Assembly (NCBI GenBank): GCA_023213395.1
Contig: CM041465.1
Span: forward strand, 119,109,741 to 119,173,740
Direction of reading: 5' to 3'
Length of the DNA: 64,000 nt
Origin: Cycas panzhihuaensis
Taxonomy: Eukaryota; Plantae; Cycadophyta
In this document: positions 1-12,959 of the stretch, one piece after another
How positions within the stretch are numbered: the stretch's first letter is position 1
Layout: each line of letters opens with the position of its first letter
Translations under genes and position numbers: made by a program
Notes under the pieces: model-generated
The model's database searches: none
Seen by the model: only the letters and a program-made list of their open reading frames with translations
Told to the model about the DNA's origin: nothing

Positions 1-149
1 CCTACTTAATCACCATTACTTATTATTTCACTCTTTTGATTATTGGAGAAGAATTAGAATTGATAAAACGCTACTCTGCTAATGTTACTTAACAACTTTT
101 AATCTTATCGCGTCCACCTACTTATGTCTCAACTATGCATCCCATTCAA

Positions 150-480
150 CTCTGATACTATATGAAAAAATATATATGCATACATATCTTCTAAGCTATA
201 AGATCTTGATTATGCATAACAAGTACAATAAAAAGTATAAGAAACATAATACACCAGATATACATGGGAAAACCTTTTCAGGTAAAAAATCTAGTATAAA
301 AAATCGCTAAATCACATTGATTCTTGATTGGATAAATATACAATGGACTCTAGGATATTTATAATCCCCCAAGTAGTGGCAACCCTTAAAGGTTATGTTC
401 CTTCACAAACTCTCACCTTTTTGTTAAACAATAACTAAATCACATTTAATATTAACATAAGTGTCTTAGAATTAACTACC
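150..480 (-). mobile_element. Degenerate Copia-type 5' LTR plus tRNA-iMet PBS; element continues off the left edge
   Basis: ctctgatacta at 150-160 is the reverse complement of a decayed TGGTATCAGAG PBS. 260-300 read on minus gives TTTTTACCTGAAAAGGTTTTCCCATGTATATC, the same motif as in the LTRs at 21840-21875 and 42928-42960. Right boundary approximate. Confidence 0.5.
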
Positions 481-1285
481 ACACTAATAACAACTTTACT
501 TTCATGTGGTGTTTATTACTTGAAAGAGCTATGTATGAATGGTTTGGTCATTATACCTAGTTAAAGGGTTAATAAGTATGATAAAATGGTGACTTTTGTA
601 TTAATCTAGATATTAGGTTAAGAGATTTATCTACTAAAGGCTAATTCTTAGGGCATTTATTACAAGGTGGTTGGAGCCCTTTTACCTTTAAATATATATC
701 ATTTTCTTTCTGTTAACTTTCAAGAAGAGAAGGAGACCTTGAAAGTGGAAGCTAACACAAGATTAGTGGCTGGGTGGAGGAGAGATTCAGGATCTAGCTA
801 TTAATTAGGAGGAGAGTTATAGCCCATCTCTTGATAGATGTCTACAACTCCTTTATATAAGTGCAATATTTTATGTTGTGTTTAGTGTGAAAATTGAATA
901 ACATTCTGTTATACTTACTAATTTAAAACTTAAGTTTAATTACATAAGTAATGCTTTGGTTTAACAAGTAAAAATCTGATTATATTTGTATGCTTATAGT
1001 TGTTATATTTCGTACTAAACACTCAAATCTTTTTAGGGGAAGTCACTAGTCTAACTATAAAATGTGGTTTATCAAATGATATCTTCCCTTGTTTTGTAAA
1101 TGCATGCTACTCTTGAAGTAAACACCTTTGATGTGAACTTGTTAAAGCATCATTTTCAATAATTTATCATATATCATAGGACTGTCATAATTGGTTCATC
1201 ATGCTATGAGGCATGTTTGTGTCGATAGGTACCCTCATTGAATTTTGCTGAAGAGTCCACACTCAGGGTCACATCTACTTTCGTC

Positions 1286-1314
1286 AATAATAAGAAGAAG
1301 AAGAAGAAGAAGAA
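1286..1314. repeat. (AAT)n(AAG)n microsatellite
   Basis: aataataagaagaagaagaagaagaagaa read directly. Confidence 0.9.
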
Positions 1315-2839
1315 ACAATAATCACTAGCTCGTAGTAACATAAAGCAATGAGCGGTAGGGTTGGTTTGTTACAATAATTTTAGCAATGAGCAATAAGGTT
1401 GCTTTGTTCCAGCAAACATCGAGACTTTAGTATTGAGACACAAACAATAACATGCTAGAACGAATGAGAGTAGACCACTTAGCGTGCTATATTTCATAGA
1501 GTTGCATATACATTGGTCGAGATGACCAAAAATAGGGGGTTGTTAAATGGTTCGAAAAGGGAGAGTCCTTCACGTCCAACACATAGGATGATATTTATAA
1601 GTCGATATGTATTCCTAAATATTTGTTTATATTTTAATGGTCGAAAACTGGATAAAGTTTTGTGTGTAGTTGGAAAAAAAGATCTATATTATATATGTTT
1701 GTTACGCACGACTACCTATCTATACTTGTAGATTGTCAAGTCTATTACTAGTATATTCCCAAAGACCCTTCACAGGGAAAGATGTAGAGGATCAACTAAT
1801 AGAGACAAAGTATGGAGGAATATTAGTTAAGAGGGCACATGAGGACAAGTCACATATGGACATGATGGGACTACAAACAACTCTTTATGTTTGTGAAGAA
1901 GTCTTAAGGAGTTAAGTTAAATGATATAAAGAAGCAAAAGACACTTTAGGTTCTACCCTCTATGGTTGCAAATAAGTTCCAAGAAAATTGAGTTAAATAG
2001 GAGAAAAGGCACCACCTTAAATGGATGGGTGACAAGGTGGTTGGCCTTCGTTTGAGCACTTTATAGGCATCTTATGACAGATAACTAGTTACTAGTTATT
2101 TTGTAATTCTTTGGTTTTTGAGAATCTAGGGAAAAGAAAAGGGGAGATAGACAAGACAAGACAAAGGGAACAAGGGTTCATTGAAAGCCATGGCTTGGCT
2201 TTTGGCCTTTCTTTTCGAAGTTGGAGCAGAAAAAAGCAAAAGCCTACGAAGGGTGGATCTCGCGGAGAGACTGACAAAATCCACCTGGACAAAGCCGAGA
2301 CATGGAAATTGTAACCGTTGTTGACTGGTATCTAAGGCGCCCAATCCGACGGCTGTGGTGCTTCCCATGATTGAGAAACCCAGTTCAACCGTTGGATAAG
2401 GCGCATTTAAAGTCAGCCTTTAGTGCAGATAGGGTTTGACGAGCGATGTTCTGTACCTTAGCTAAGGGCTGCTTTTGCACAGGCATTCTCCATTCATAGC
2501 ACGCCTCGGCTTTTGCTTTATTATTGTCAGTGTAACCAGAGGATGATGATGGTGACGACAATGGTTGTTTTGGGAGCCGGGCATGTTCTGGTTTTGTGCG
2601 CTAACGTTGAATAACAGATAAAAGACATAATAAATATTAAACCATATTATCGTACTCCCGAGAAGCCACACCATGGATTTCCCGAGCATAAACCCTTTTT
2701 CTTTTCTGCGAACTCTCTTTATCAGTCTGCTTCCCTCCCTTTTTGTATCAGTAGTGTCAGTAATTCTCTCATTCTTCGGTTCGCAGTCCCGCCACTGTTC
2801 TGATTCTCCCGACGTAGGAAATTCATGCGCATAGGGTTG

Positions 2840-2922
2840 GTAAGTTTTTTGTTCGATTAATGTTTCCCTTGAATGCTTGCCGTATTTCATTGCAATGGTG
2901 AACGACAAACTATTATTTGCAG
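2840..2922 (+). other. Candidate 5' intron (83 nt)
   Basis: Consensus donor G|GTAAGT at 2840, T-rich body, acceptor TATTTGCAG ending at 2922. Confidence 0.55.
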
Positions 2923-3588
2923 GCGAGGCAACGACTTCTACAGCGTTTCCAATGTCGACGGGTTCTTACTTCAACGATTTTGGATTTGATCCGGAAATGG
3001 ACTATGCACAGGTGCTCTCATGTCTCTGCGATGGATTCCTTGTTATTACGATGTTATTTGATGGATTCGTTTGTATGACAGGTGCTGGAAGAAGCTGGAA
3101 TGCAGGCTCGGGTAGCGCCGAGGTTGGATTTCCCGGCGTCCAAGGGCTGTAAAGATAATTTCCATCATCATCCCAGGAGAGTTCGTCGTACAGATTTGGT
3201 TGTGGACATTTCGTGTTTTCAAGCCCATTTCAAAGCTGCGGAGCTTCAGAAATCTCTTCAAGAACTCAAGACCAGGAGATCGTGGAAGAATTCTCTCTTC
3301 TTTTGGAAGAAATCTCACAAGAAGCAGAGAGTCCCATATTCTGGCATCCCTACGCCCCAACATCCAGGGTTCAAGTCTCGATCCAAACCCGCGTCGGGGC
3401 CGCTATACGCAGATATGGATGTTCGCAATGCCGGTCTTTCGTGCCGTTCCAGTGGACCCACCTCGAGTCCCCTGTCCGGTACAATGACCCCAACTCTAAA
3501 GGGCGAAGCTGAAATCCCATACGTGTCTCTCTACCACCACAACCGCTCCAGAGTTCCTCATACAACCCCAATCTACCTGGTCACATAA
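2895..3588 (+). CDS. Conserved plant protein of unknown function (FGFDPxxDYxQVLEEA ... PIYLVT family), two coding exons: 2895 (or 2952)-3011 and 3082-3588
   Basis: Joining exons across a 70-nt GT-AG intron gives ...AFPMSTGSYFNDFGFDPEMDYAQ|VLEEA...RRSWKNSLFFWK...SGPLY...PLSGTMTPTLKGEAEIPYVSL...PIYLVT*, with no stops and CpG retained. The motifs match, from memory, an uncharacterised land-plant family. The start is ATG 2895 if the upstream candidate intron is retained, otherwise ATG 2952. Confidence 0.85.
3012..3081 (+). other. Phase-0 intron (70 nt)
   Basis: CAG|GTGCTC ... TGACAG|GTG; removal restores YAQVLEEA and joins the 2877 and 3082 ORF frames. Confidence 0.85.
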
Positions 3589-6200
3589 GTTGGATGATTT
3601 TACTTCCATGAATCGTGTCCATTTTCCTTGATATGGCTTGTTGTTTCAGTGCAATCGCTGTGTAATGTCTTTCTTACTCTGCATTGGTAGAAAATTAGAT
3701 TGGTATTGTAAGTCCCGAGAGTCCAGATTTGTAGGTGGAGTGTAGCTGCTCATTACTTGAACGGTAACCTTCGTATGAAATGTAAGGCTGCAAGTTTGTC
3801 GCCTTTAATTTGTTGCAGTGTTCAGGATACGTCCATGATGATCTTCCCAGAAACAATGGGGGGATTTACTTTGGATAAATATTTCTGCTTAATGATATTC
3901 CAATCTTACAAAACCACTATCGACTTTTCTTGTGATTCTTGAATGAAATATTTACCGTTCAGCCACGTTTGTTTTCATGTACTTCACCTGGCTTTGGCCA
4001 AGGAGAACCTTAAACAAATTCTATAAAGGAATAAACACTGGTCTATTAAAAATGGAAGGCTCCATGATCCATCCTGGCCTTTAAATCTGAAATATTAGAT
4101 GATTCCGACTTCCATAATCAAGGGAAGCTTCTGCACGACGACACGAGTGCTTAACCGCTGGTATCCTGCATTCCTTAAATACAATGGAATATAAGGCCAA
4201 GCGTGAAATCTTAAGGGCACTGTCAAGGGATGTATCCGGTACAGAATAGGTATATGTGAAATTACTCATACTGCAAGTTGCGGTCATACATCAAGCTCTG
4301 CGTTCCAGAATACTAGAACTCTAATTTCAGTCAATGTTGGAGACTATTAAATTCAGGTTAATACGGAAGACTGCACATTTATGTATCGGAACGCCCGGTA
4401 AAGAATGCTCGCGGTTCGAGGGGTTTCAAAGAATACATTGACCGGCATTAAATGTATCATGTGGTGACATTATTCGTGTTAAGAAGCATACCAGGTTTCA
4501 TTCATTAGATAGCATTTGGTGAAATTGAATGTTGCCCTTCGTTGGAAGCGGAAGCATCCTGTCAAATTCTGCACCGTTTGCCACGGCATCGAGCATAATT
4601 CACTTCAGAGTCTGAATAAATTTGAACTTGAACAAAACCTGAAACTTTTTATAAAACAAGGGATAATGCACAAATTTAGAACTCACAAATTTTAAACTTT
4701 GTTTTAAATGAAGGATACCATTCTTCCTAATTTCCGAGGAAAATAACATATAATATCTCCTTTCTATAATGTGGTATCTAACAAAAGAACTATAAAGCAT
4801 ATACAAAGTTCGGAGATGAATAAAACAAAAATTTCACATTTAAATAGGAAAACTAACTATTTAAATAAATACCTTGAAGGATATGAGAATCTAAGTACAT
4901 ACAAAAAAAAGTAAGGAATAAGTTAAGAATAAAGCACACCAAACTAATATACGAAAGAGAATAAAGCTCTAAAGATGTTCAAAAGGGGCAATAATTATTT
5001 TTGGGACAAGTATATATAAATATGGAAAAGTGATTATAATAAACGAGATGAGACCCTATAAAAAATTGATAGTTCTTAGTGGGAATCTTACATATATCAA
5101 AATAAAATAGTATAATTACACATGATAACAAAGGCATAATGGGGTGTGGGATATTATGCTAAAATAAAGGGGTGATGGGAAACTTCATTTAGTGTAATTG
5201 CTTACTATTATAAACAAGTTAATTTACAAAAAGTGTGAGTGCTTTAGTTTAGTAGGATTTGGTCTTTATGTAAATTTTAAAAAGAAATGTTTGAAACCAA
5301 GCATATTAATTATTAAAAGGTAGATGTAATAGAAATTATGATCTAACCTAACCAAACTTCAACCTAAACAAGTATGCTTACTAGCTAAATAAACTACCAA
5401 AACTAAATATAGATTAATGGTAGCCTTCAAACACTAGGAAAATATTCATAATGCATATAAACTCTCCATCAAACACTATGATATTTAAATTTGAGACCAA
5501 GCAATATTCTTTAAATAATAAGACCTAATGCACTAATGTTATAACAACAAAATAAGAAAAAGAACATAAGTAAATCTTTTATGTAAAATATTATAATAGA
5601 CCAAGTGGCCTACAAACTAGTTACTAATAAGAAATATGCATAATAGAAGATACACACTATTTGAGAGGGGCCTTCTTGAAGAAATACATAAATTGGTTGA
5701 AGGTTTGAAGAAATATATTATATTACATGAGGTCTTGGGTATATATACTACCTTCAAGTTTCCTTTCATCTTAATAAAGTGTTATTCCATTTAACCATAT
5801 TTGTGCTATTTGTTGATACTAGTCTAACCTCCTTCTTATCATTTAAGAGTTCTTATGACCTATTTATCCCTTTATTTAGGTTTATTAAATCCACCCTGAA
5901 AGCATCATTAAAACTATTACTTCTTTTACTGGACAACATGATATCATAATGAATAAAATAGTATCATTTAAGTACCGGTTTATTAATATGGTTCATACAA
6001 TCGATCCTCAGGCATTTATTAATATATCATGCATATTAAGTCAAATATTTCTAATATATATAATAATTTATGCTTAATTTATAAATAAAGGTATTTGTAT
6101 AAATACCCATTCACTTGAGATTTGGCTGATCTTAGGCAATATATAGTGTGAAAAGGTAGGGAAGGACTTTATCACAACTTAAGAAGACCATGAACAATAA

Positions 6201-6844
6201 TGTTGAGAATACAAGGTCCTAAACTTTAAACCACCACAAGATCTAAGCTGTTTTGCAACTAGTCACAGGAATCAAAACTAAGATTTAACATGCAAGTTCT
6301 AAAAACATAGATAATACAACAACATCAATATATAAGCTAAACATCACATGTGCACCCGATATAACATGGTAAAACCCTAGCAACGTGCTAGGGAAACATC
6401 CACACAGGAAACGTATCGATCTTTATTGTTGTAGAATAGAGTAACAGTACATCTCAGTAGTAGAGTGCTCTCAGGAACAATAACCAGTCACCACCCTCAT
6501 CACAGTACATTGCATTACATTACAACATAACAAGAAAAGCCTTAAAACGGGCTACATGAGAGGAACATCCAAGACCTAAATCTCAATCGTAGAATCTAGG
6601 GTATTTGTATTGAATGACCCTGATTCTCTTTACAATTTAATAAGGTTTACATGGCTAATTTATCGGGTCGAGGGCTATTGCCCCTAAATCCCCTCTTAGC
6701 GGGGGGTGTTCCACCCCCCAGACCCCCTGGCCAAGGGGGGGTCCTGCCTCCCTTGGAACCCCCCGAGAAAGATTAGGGGGGGAAACTGCGCCGAAAATAC
6801 ACCAAAATTTTAACCCCAAAATATTGTTGTCACAATATCCAATA
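6201..6844 (-). repeat. 3' LTR of element 1
   Basis: Direct repeat of 10886-11531, starts TGTTGAGAAT on plus. Confidence 0.95.
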
Positions 6845-6892
6845 ATCTCTACCTTGACAACAATCTACCCGGTACCTTTCCTGGACCCTTCA

Positions 6893-9800
6893 TCATCTTT
6901 TCTGTAAGCCAAGAGAAGTCAAACACCATTTGAACTTCTCTAATGGTATTGGTTTTATGAATATATCATCACAATTATGATTAGTGTGAATCTTCTCAAG
7001 TGCCACTCCACCTGCTTCCACAACCTATTTAACAAAATGGTACTTCAGATCAATATGCTTTATTCTACTGTGATAAGCTAGATTCTTGGCTAAGTAAATG
7101 GCACTTTGATTTCACAAAGTACCTTTACATTTTCCTGTCACCTTCCAAGCTCAACCAATTGACCCTGTAACTAGATTGTTTCTTTACAAGCATGTGCTGT
7201 AGCAACATATTCAACTTCCATGGTTGACAGTGCAATTGTGCTTTGCAATTTGGACATCCAACTAACTGGACAATTTGCAAGAGTAAAAACATAACCTGAA
7301 GTAGACCTTCTTTTATCTAAATCTCCTACAAAGCCTAAATCGACATATCTGCAAACCTAATTACCTATACCTCCAAAGGTGATGCAATAGTCGCTTGTGT
7401 CTCTCAAATACCGAAGCACCCATTTCACTGCAACCCAATGTTCCTTTCTTGGATTTGCCATAAACCTGCTCACTACGTTGACTGCATATGAAATATCAGG
7501 TCTTGTACATACTATGGCATACATCAAACTTCCTACTGCACTGACATATGGCACACGAGATATATAAGCCTTTTCTTCTTCACTATTAGGACTCATATTT
7601 GAAGAAAGCTTGAAGTAGGAAGCCAATGGGATACACTGCTTGGTTTCACATTTACAATACCAAACCTGGTTAGCACCTTCTCCACATATTTCTACTGTGA
7701 TAACCATAGCTTACCATTTTCTTGTCTTTGTGTATCTCCATGCCTAAGATTTATTTTACAGGTCCTAGATCCTTCATATTAAAAGTCTTAGCCAATTGAG
7801 CCTTTAGCTTATTAATTTCTTCCATGCTCTTGCTTGCAACCAGCATGTCATCAACATATAATACCAAGATAATGAATAAGCCATTGTCCATACATTTAAA
7901 GTAAATACAATGATCATACTCACTTCTTTTAAAATTTTGGCTCTCCATGAAGGCATCAAACTTCTTGTACCACTACCTAGGTGATTGCTTCAGGCCATAC
8001 AATGATTTCTTGAGCCTGCAAACAAGTCTTTTCCTACCATCTTGTACAAACCCTTCTAGTTGATCCATATAGATCTCCTTATTTAAATCTCCATGTAAAA
8101 AAGCTGTTTTTACATCTAACTGCTCCAACTCCAAATCGAGAGAAGTTACCAATGCTAACATCACTCAAATTGAAACAAGTTTGATAACTGGTGAAAAGAT
8201 CTCATGAAAGTCAAAACCTACTTTCTGTGCAAAACCTTTAGCCACTAGTCTTGCCCTGTATTTATCAACCTTTCCATCAACATTTGTTTTCTTTTTTAAA
8301 ATCCACCTGCAACTAACAGTCCTTCTACCATGTGGAAGTTCTACCAAGTCCCATGAATTAATTTTCTTCAAGGCATCTATCTCTTCCTGCATAGCCCTTA
8401 TCCACTTCTCTCCATGGATATCATCTATTGCTTCCTAATAACATGTGGACTCACCATCATTAGAAACCAAAGCGATAGAAATAGAAGGGTTATACCTGTC
8501 AGGTGGATGACTAACTCATGTAGATCTTCTAACTGTTGGCAGAGGAGTATCCACATATTCCTATGAATCTGCCGCTGATTCATCTTCAGAAAGATCTTCA
8601 TGCTCTTCTGATTCCACAGATGGCTGCATTTCAAACTTGACTTGTTGATGTTCAACTTGTTGCTCCTATTTTATTTGACTTCTACCTTTATGCGATTTTA
8701 CAAGAGGAGATTCATCAAATATGACATCTCTGTTAATAGTGATTTTATGGGCAGTAGGATCCCACAACATGTATACCTTCACACCATCCTTAACACCATA
8801 GCCAATAAAGATATATCTCTTGGGATTTGGGTCTAACTTTAAACGTTTACTTTTATCAGTCTAGGCATAAGCATCACAACCAAAAACTTTTAAATTTGAA
8901 TAATCACATGGATGTCCAGTCCATATCTCTTCAGGAATCTTGTAATCTATTGCAAGTGATGGTGACCTGTTTACCAGATAGCAAGTTATTTGAGCGACAC
9001 GCCTGAGCCTGCTCCACTCCTATATTACTTAGCATGCTTCTTGCTCTTTCCAAGAGTGTCCTATTCATGTGCTCAACAATGCCATTTTGCTGTGGAGTAT
9101 AGCTAGTGGTCTTGTATCTTTCGATCCCAGCTTCTCTGCAATAGTTCTCAAACTCTAAGGAGTTAAACTTATCTCCATTGTCAGTTCTTAAACATTTGAT
9201 TGTCTTACTAGTACTGTTCTTAACTAAAGCCTTGAACTGCTTAAACACAGTGAAAACTTCAGATTTCCTTTTCAAAAAATAGACCCATACCTTCCTGGAG
9301 TAATCATCTATAAATGTGACATAATACAATGATCCTCCATAAGATATTTTAGGGGCTGGTCCCCATACATCTGAATATATGTAATCTAGAACGCCTTTAC
9401 TAGTGTGACTCCCTACTTTAAACCTGAGTTTACATTGCTTTCCAAAAATATAATGTTTACAGAAAGCCAAATCTTAAAGCTACAAGTTAGGAAGCAACTT
9501 ATGGTTTATCAACACCTTAAGTCCTTTCTCACTCATGTGCCCAAGTCTCAGATGCCATAACTGAGCTAGATCTTCTGCAGTCTTTGATATTGTAACTGCT
9601 TGGCTAACATCTGTACTTCCCACTAAAATGTAAAGATTTCCTTTCTTTAAGGCTTTCATAACAACCAAGGCGCCCTTTAACCCCTTTAGGACTCCTTCAT
9701 GACCTGTATGCTTAAAACCACCCAAATCTAATTCATCTAAGGAAATCATATTCCTTTTCAAATTAGGTACATGTCTAACCTCAGTTAATGTTCTGACTAC

Positions 9801-10814
9801 CCCATCAAACATCTTAATTCTGATGCTACCAATACCCACTATCTTACAAGAAACTTCATTTCCCATAAGCACATCACCACCATCAAGAGGTTGGTATGAT
9901 GAGAACCAACTCTTGTGTGGATATATGTGGTGTGAAGCACTTAAATCTAATAACCAGTCATGGTGATAATGAGAAACATTACAAGTGACCAAGACATCAT
10001 CATCCATACCTTGATTTGACTCCACCTGATTCGTCTCCTTAGTAGGATCTTCCTTTTTCTAGAACTCCTTCCTTTTATAACAATCCTTCTTGAGGTGACT
10101 GACCTTATTACAATGCCAACACCTGAGTTTACTCTTTTTGCTCTTTAACATGGACCTCGATGTATCCCTGGAGTTTTGTCCTCTCTCAAAAGTTCTACCC
10201 CTTACTGTCATGGCTTCTAGTATGGAGGTTTCAAAACTAGATTTCCTCCACACTTCTTTCATTAGTAAAGCACTCACAACATAATCATAATCCAATACAT
10301 CTATAGTGCTAAAACTAATTGAGGTGACAATGTTATCCCAAGATTCAGGTAATAAGTATAATATGGTAACAGCCTTATCCTCATCCTCAATTTTAACATC
10401 AATACTAGTCAACTGATAAATAAGAGTATTGAAAACATTTAAATGGTCAGCAATTTTTATACCTTCATTTATTTGTAACGAGTACAGTTGCCTCTTTAGG
10501 TAGATTCAATTCATTATTGATTTGGTCATATACAAGCCTTCCAAACAAGCCCATAATCCTGCTGCTGTCTCTTCTCTTACAATGTTAAATAAGATTTTAT
10601 CTACCAAGAACAATCTTATTATGCTAATTACCTTTTTCTCTAAGTCATCCCAATCATCATTATCCATTCTTGCAGGTTTCTTCGATTTTCCTACAAAGGC
10701 TTTATACACACCCTACTATATAAGAACATCATGCACTTTTAGCTTCCATAACTCGAAGTTGTTCTTGCCATTGAATTTCTCCACCTCGAACTTTGTACCT
10801 GCTAGTTTCGCCAT
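6893..10814 (-). pseudogene. Copia gag-pol polyprotein, disrupted
   Basis: MAKLAGTKFEVEKFNGKNNFELW (gag), CWHCNKVSHLKKDC zinc knuckle, WLLDLSASHH (protease), HLRLGHMS and SDVWGP...TPQQNG (integrase), QLDVKTAFLHG and LYVDDML (RT), RNase H; many stops and frameshifts. Confidence 0.95.
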
Positions 10815-10885
10815 TTGGTGTAGAAAAGCTGACACCAAAACCTTTACAAACTTGTTGTTAAATAAAAAGTAGCTCTGATACCACT

Positions 10886-11531
10886 TGTTGAGAATATAAG
10901 GTCCTAAACCTTAAACCACCATAAGATCTAAGCTATTTTGTAACTAGTCACAGGAATCGAAACTAAGATTTAACATGCAAGTTCTAAAAACAGAGATAAT
11001 ATAACAACATCAATATACAACCTAAACATCACATGTGCACCTGATATAGTATGGTAAAACCCTAGTAGTGTGCTAGGGAAACATCCACACAGGAAAGGTA
11101 TCGATCTTTATTCTTTGTAGAATGGAGAAACAATACATCTCAGTAGCAGAGTACTCTCAAGAATAACAACCAGCTACCACCCTCATCATAGTACATTGCA
11201 TTATATTACAACATAATAAGAAAAGCTCTAAAATGGGCTACATGAGAGGAACATCCAAGACCTAAATCTCAACTGTAGAATCTAGGGTATTTATATTAAA
11301 CGAGCCTGATTCTCTTTATAATTTAATAAGGTTTATAGGGCTAATTTTTTGGGTCAGGGGCTATCGCCCATGAACCCCCTCTTAGCGGGGGGCGTTCCAC
11401 CCCCCTAGACGCCCCAGCCAAGTGGGGCTATCGCCCCCCTTGGAACCCCTCGAAAAAGATTAGGGGGGGAAACCGCACTGAAAACACACCAAAATTTTAA
11501 CCTCAAAATATTGTTGTCATTATATCTAACA
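10886..11531 (-). repeat. 5' LTR of element 1
   Basis: TG...CA termini, PBS immediately internal. Confidence 0.95.
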
Positions 11532-11857
11532 AATAAAAGGTATAGAAAGGTACCACAAGTAAGAAAGTAAAGACACCCTAAAAGACACTCCTACTAAGTG
11601 TTTACACCTCATCGTGTTGAATAGTCTTTATCTATTATATATGTGTATCTACACCCACACTCGAATCTAGGAGGAACATGGTCCTAATATACTAAAGCAG
11701 TATGAGAAATTGATCTAAGGACCCAACTTTGAGTTGACTTGGCCATCTTATCCTCCTCCGTAAGTTACTTCTTGCCTATATATGTATGTAAGCAAATATT
11801 CTCTCTATCTCATAACTAATGTTCCAATGTAAATTTCTTTATTTTATGATACGTGTA

Positions 11858-11990
11858 CACCCTATGTAAGGTGGAAGCTCATTCCATGCTCCACCAAATA
11901 TGAGGGTGCACCATTTAGTTTAATTTATGTTCATCCTATGTAAAATGGAAGTTATTTCCCTACTACACCAAGTATGAGGATTTACCAATT
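11858..11990. repeat. Diverged two-copy tandem repeat (~70 bp unit)
   Basis: caccctatgtaaggtggaagctcattcc...caccaaatatgagg versus catcctatgtaaaatggaagttatttcc...caccaagtatgagg. Confidence 0.6.
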
Positions 11991-12479
11991 TTTTTATCAT
12001 TAGAATAGTTAGCTTATTATGTTGTGTTATTATTTAAGGTATTGAACTTTTTCCTTCTATTATTTTAACAAATATAATTTATTTTGTTATGGCTTACATA
12101 ATACAAAAGCCAACTAGATTGTCCATAGGGTTGTATATACAGGGGAGCACATGATATGAGGGAGGGATAAATAAAGGGGCAAATGATTGCAAGTAAGGGT
12201 ATAGTACAAGTAAAAAAAAAAATCGATAAACATCCTTATCATAGAAAGAGATCAATTGATGGACATAGATTATAGAGAAAGATTTCACTAAGTGAAAAAT
12301 TGAGCTTTTGACTTTCTAATGAGTGTTGAAGCATTGAAAATAAATATCAGACTAGAGAGTTTTAAAGGTTTAAAGTGGAAATTTTAGTTAAGTCACACTG
12401 AGTAAATGATAACTTACAATTGTACAATTATGTCATTGAGTAGTCTTTTGGGTGTTTAACTTCGAAACTATGAAAACAA

Positions 12480-12790
12480 AGGAATACAAAGAAGAGTTAC
12501 TGATAAGTTTACAAGAGAGTCAATGAATAGACTCCAAGCACCCAATCCTAAAATTACAAAGTAAAGATTTACAAAGGCAAGTACTCATAAATTTGCAAGT
12601 GGGTAGGCAAATCAAGCCTCTCAATCACCCAATCCTAAAACTATGAATACAAAAGGGAGTATCCCATAAATCTATAAATAAATGATTGAGTTAGTTCTCT
12701 TAAGCATCCATTTACATAAATACAAAAATAAAGGCAACAAATAAGAATGTAGCTTGTAAACCTATAAATAGGTTTCTGAGATCAAATAGC
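12480..12790. repeat. Degenerate ~80-bp tandem array, probably retroelement UTR
   Basis: Recurring tacaaa...cataaat...cacccaatcctaaaa units, 3-4 copies. Confidence 0.45.
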
Positions 12791-12959
12791 CACCTAAAAA
12801 TTTATAAAATATGAGAACAAAGGGACAAGTGGCAAAATTTCACAGTTTTGATTATAATTTCATCATTTGATATTAAAATCAAATTAGACTAGTTCTATAT
12901 GACTCAAATTAAAGTCATGTCAATGTTTGATTAGGTAGAGACCACTTAAAAATTCCTAC

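Larger units (their letters stand above)
6201..11531 (-). mobile_element. Full-length decayed Ty1/Copia retrotransposon (Tnt1/Tork-like), element 1
   Basis: LTRs 6201-6844 and 10886-11531; TSD AATAA (6196-6200, 11532-11536); PBS TGGTATCAGAGC (minus, 10872-10883); PPT adjacent to 6845; gag-PR-INT-RT-RH order. Confidence 0.97.

Noticed and set aside
2092-2908. Several ORFs upstream of the gene (including 2462-2908 minus, 148 aa)
   Set aside because: No recognisable motifs; they overlap the promoter/5' UTR, where higher GC yields chance ORFs.
4302-4320. Heat-shock-element-like TTCnnGAA...GAA
   Set aside because: The third unit is out of register and the site is downstream of the gene; likely chance.
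10872-10883. tRNA-complementary sequence as a tRNA gene
   Set aside because: 12-nt primer-binding site only; no cloverleaf. No tRNA or rRNA gene was recognised in the window.
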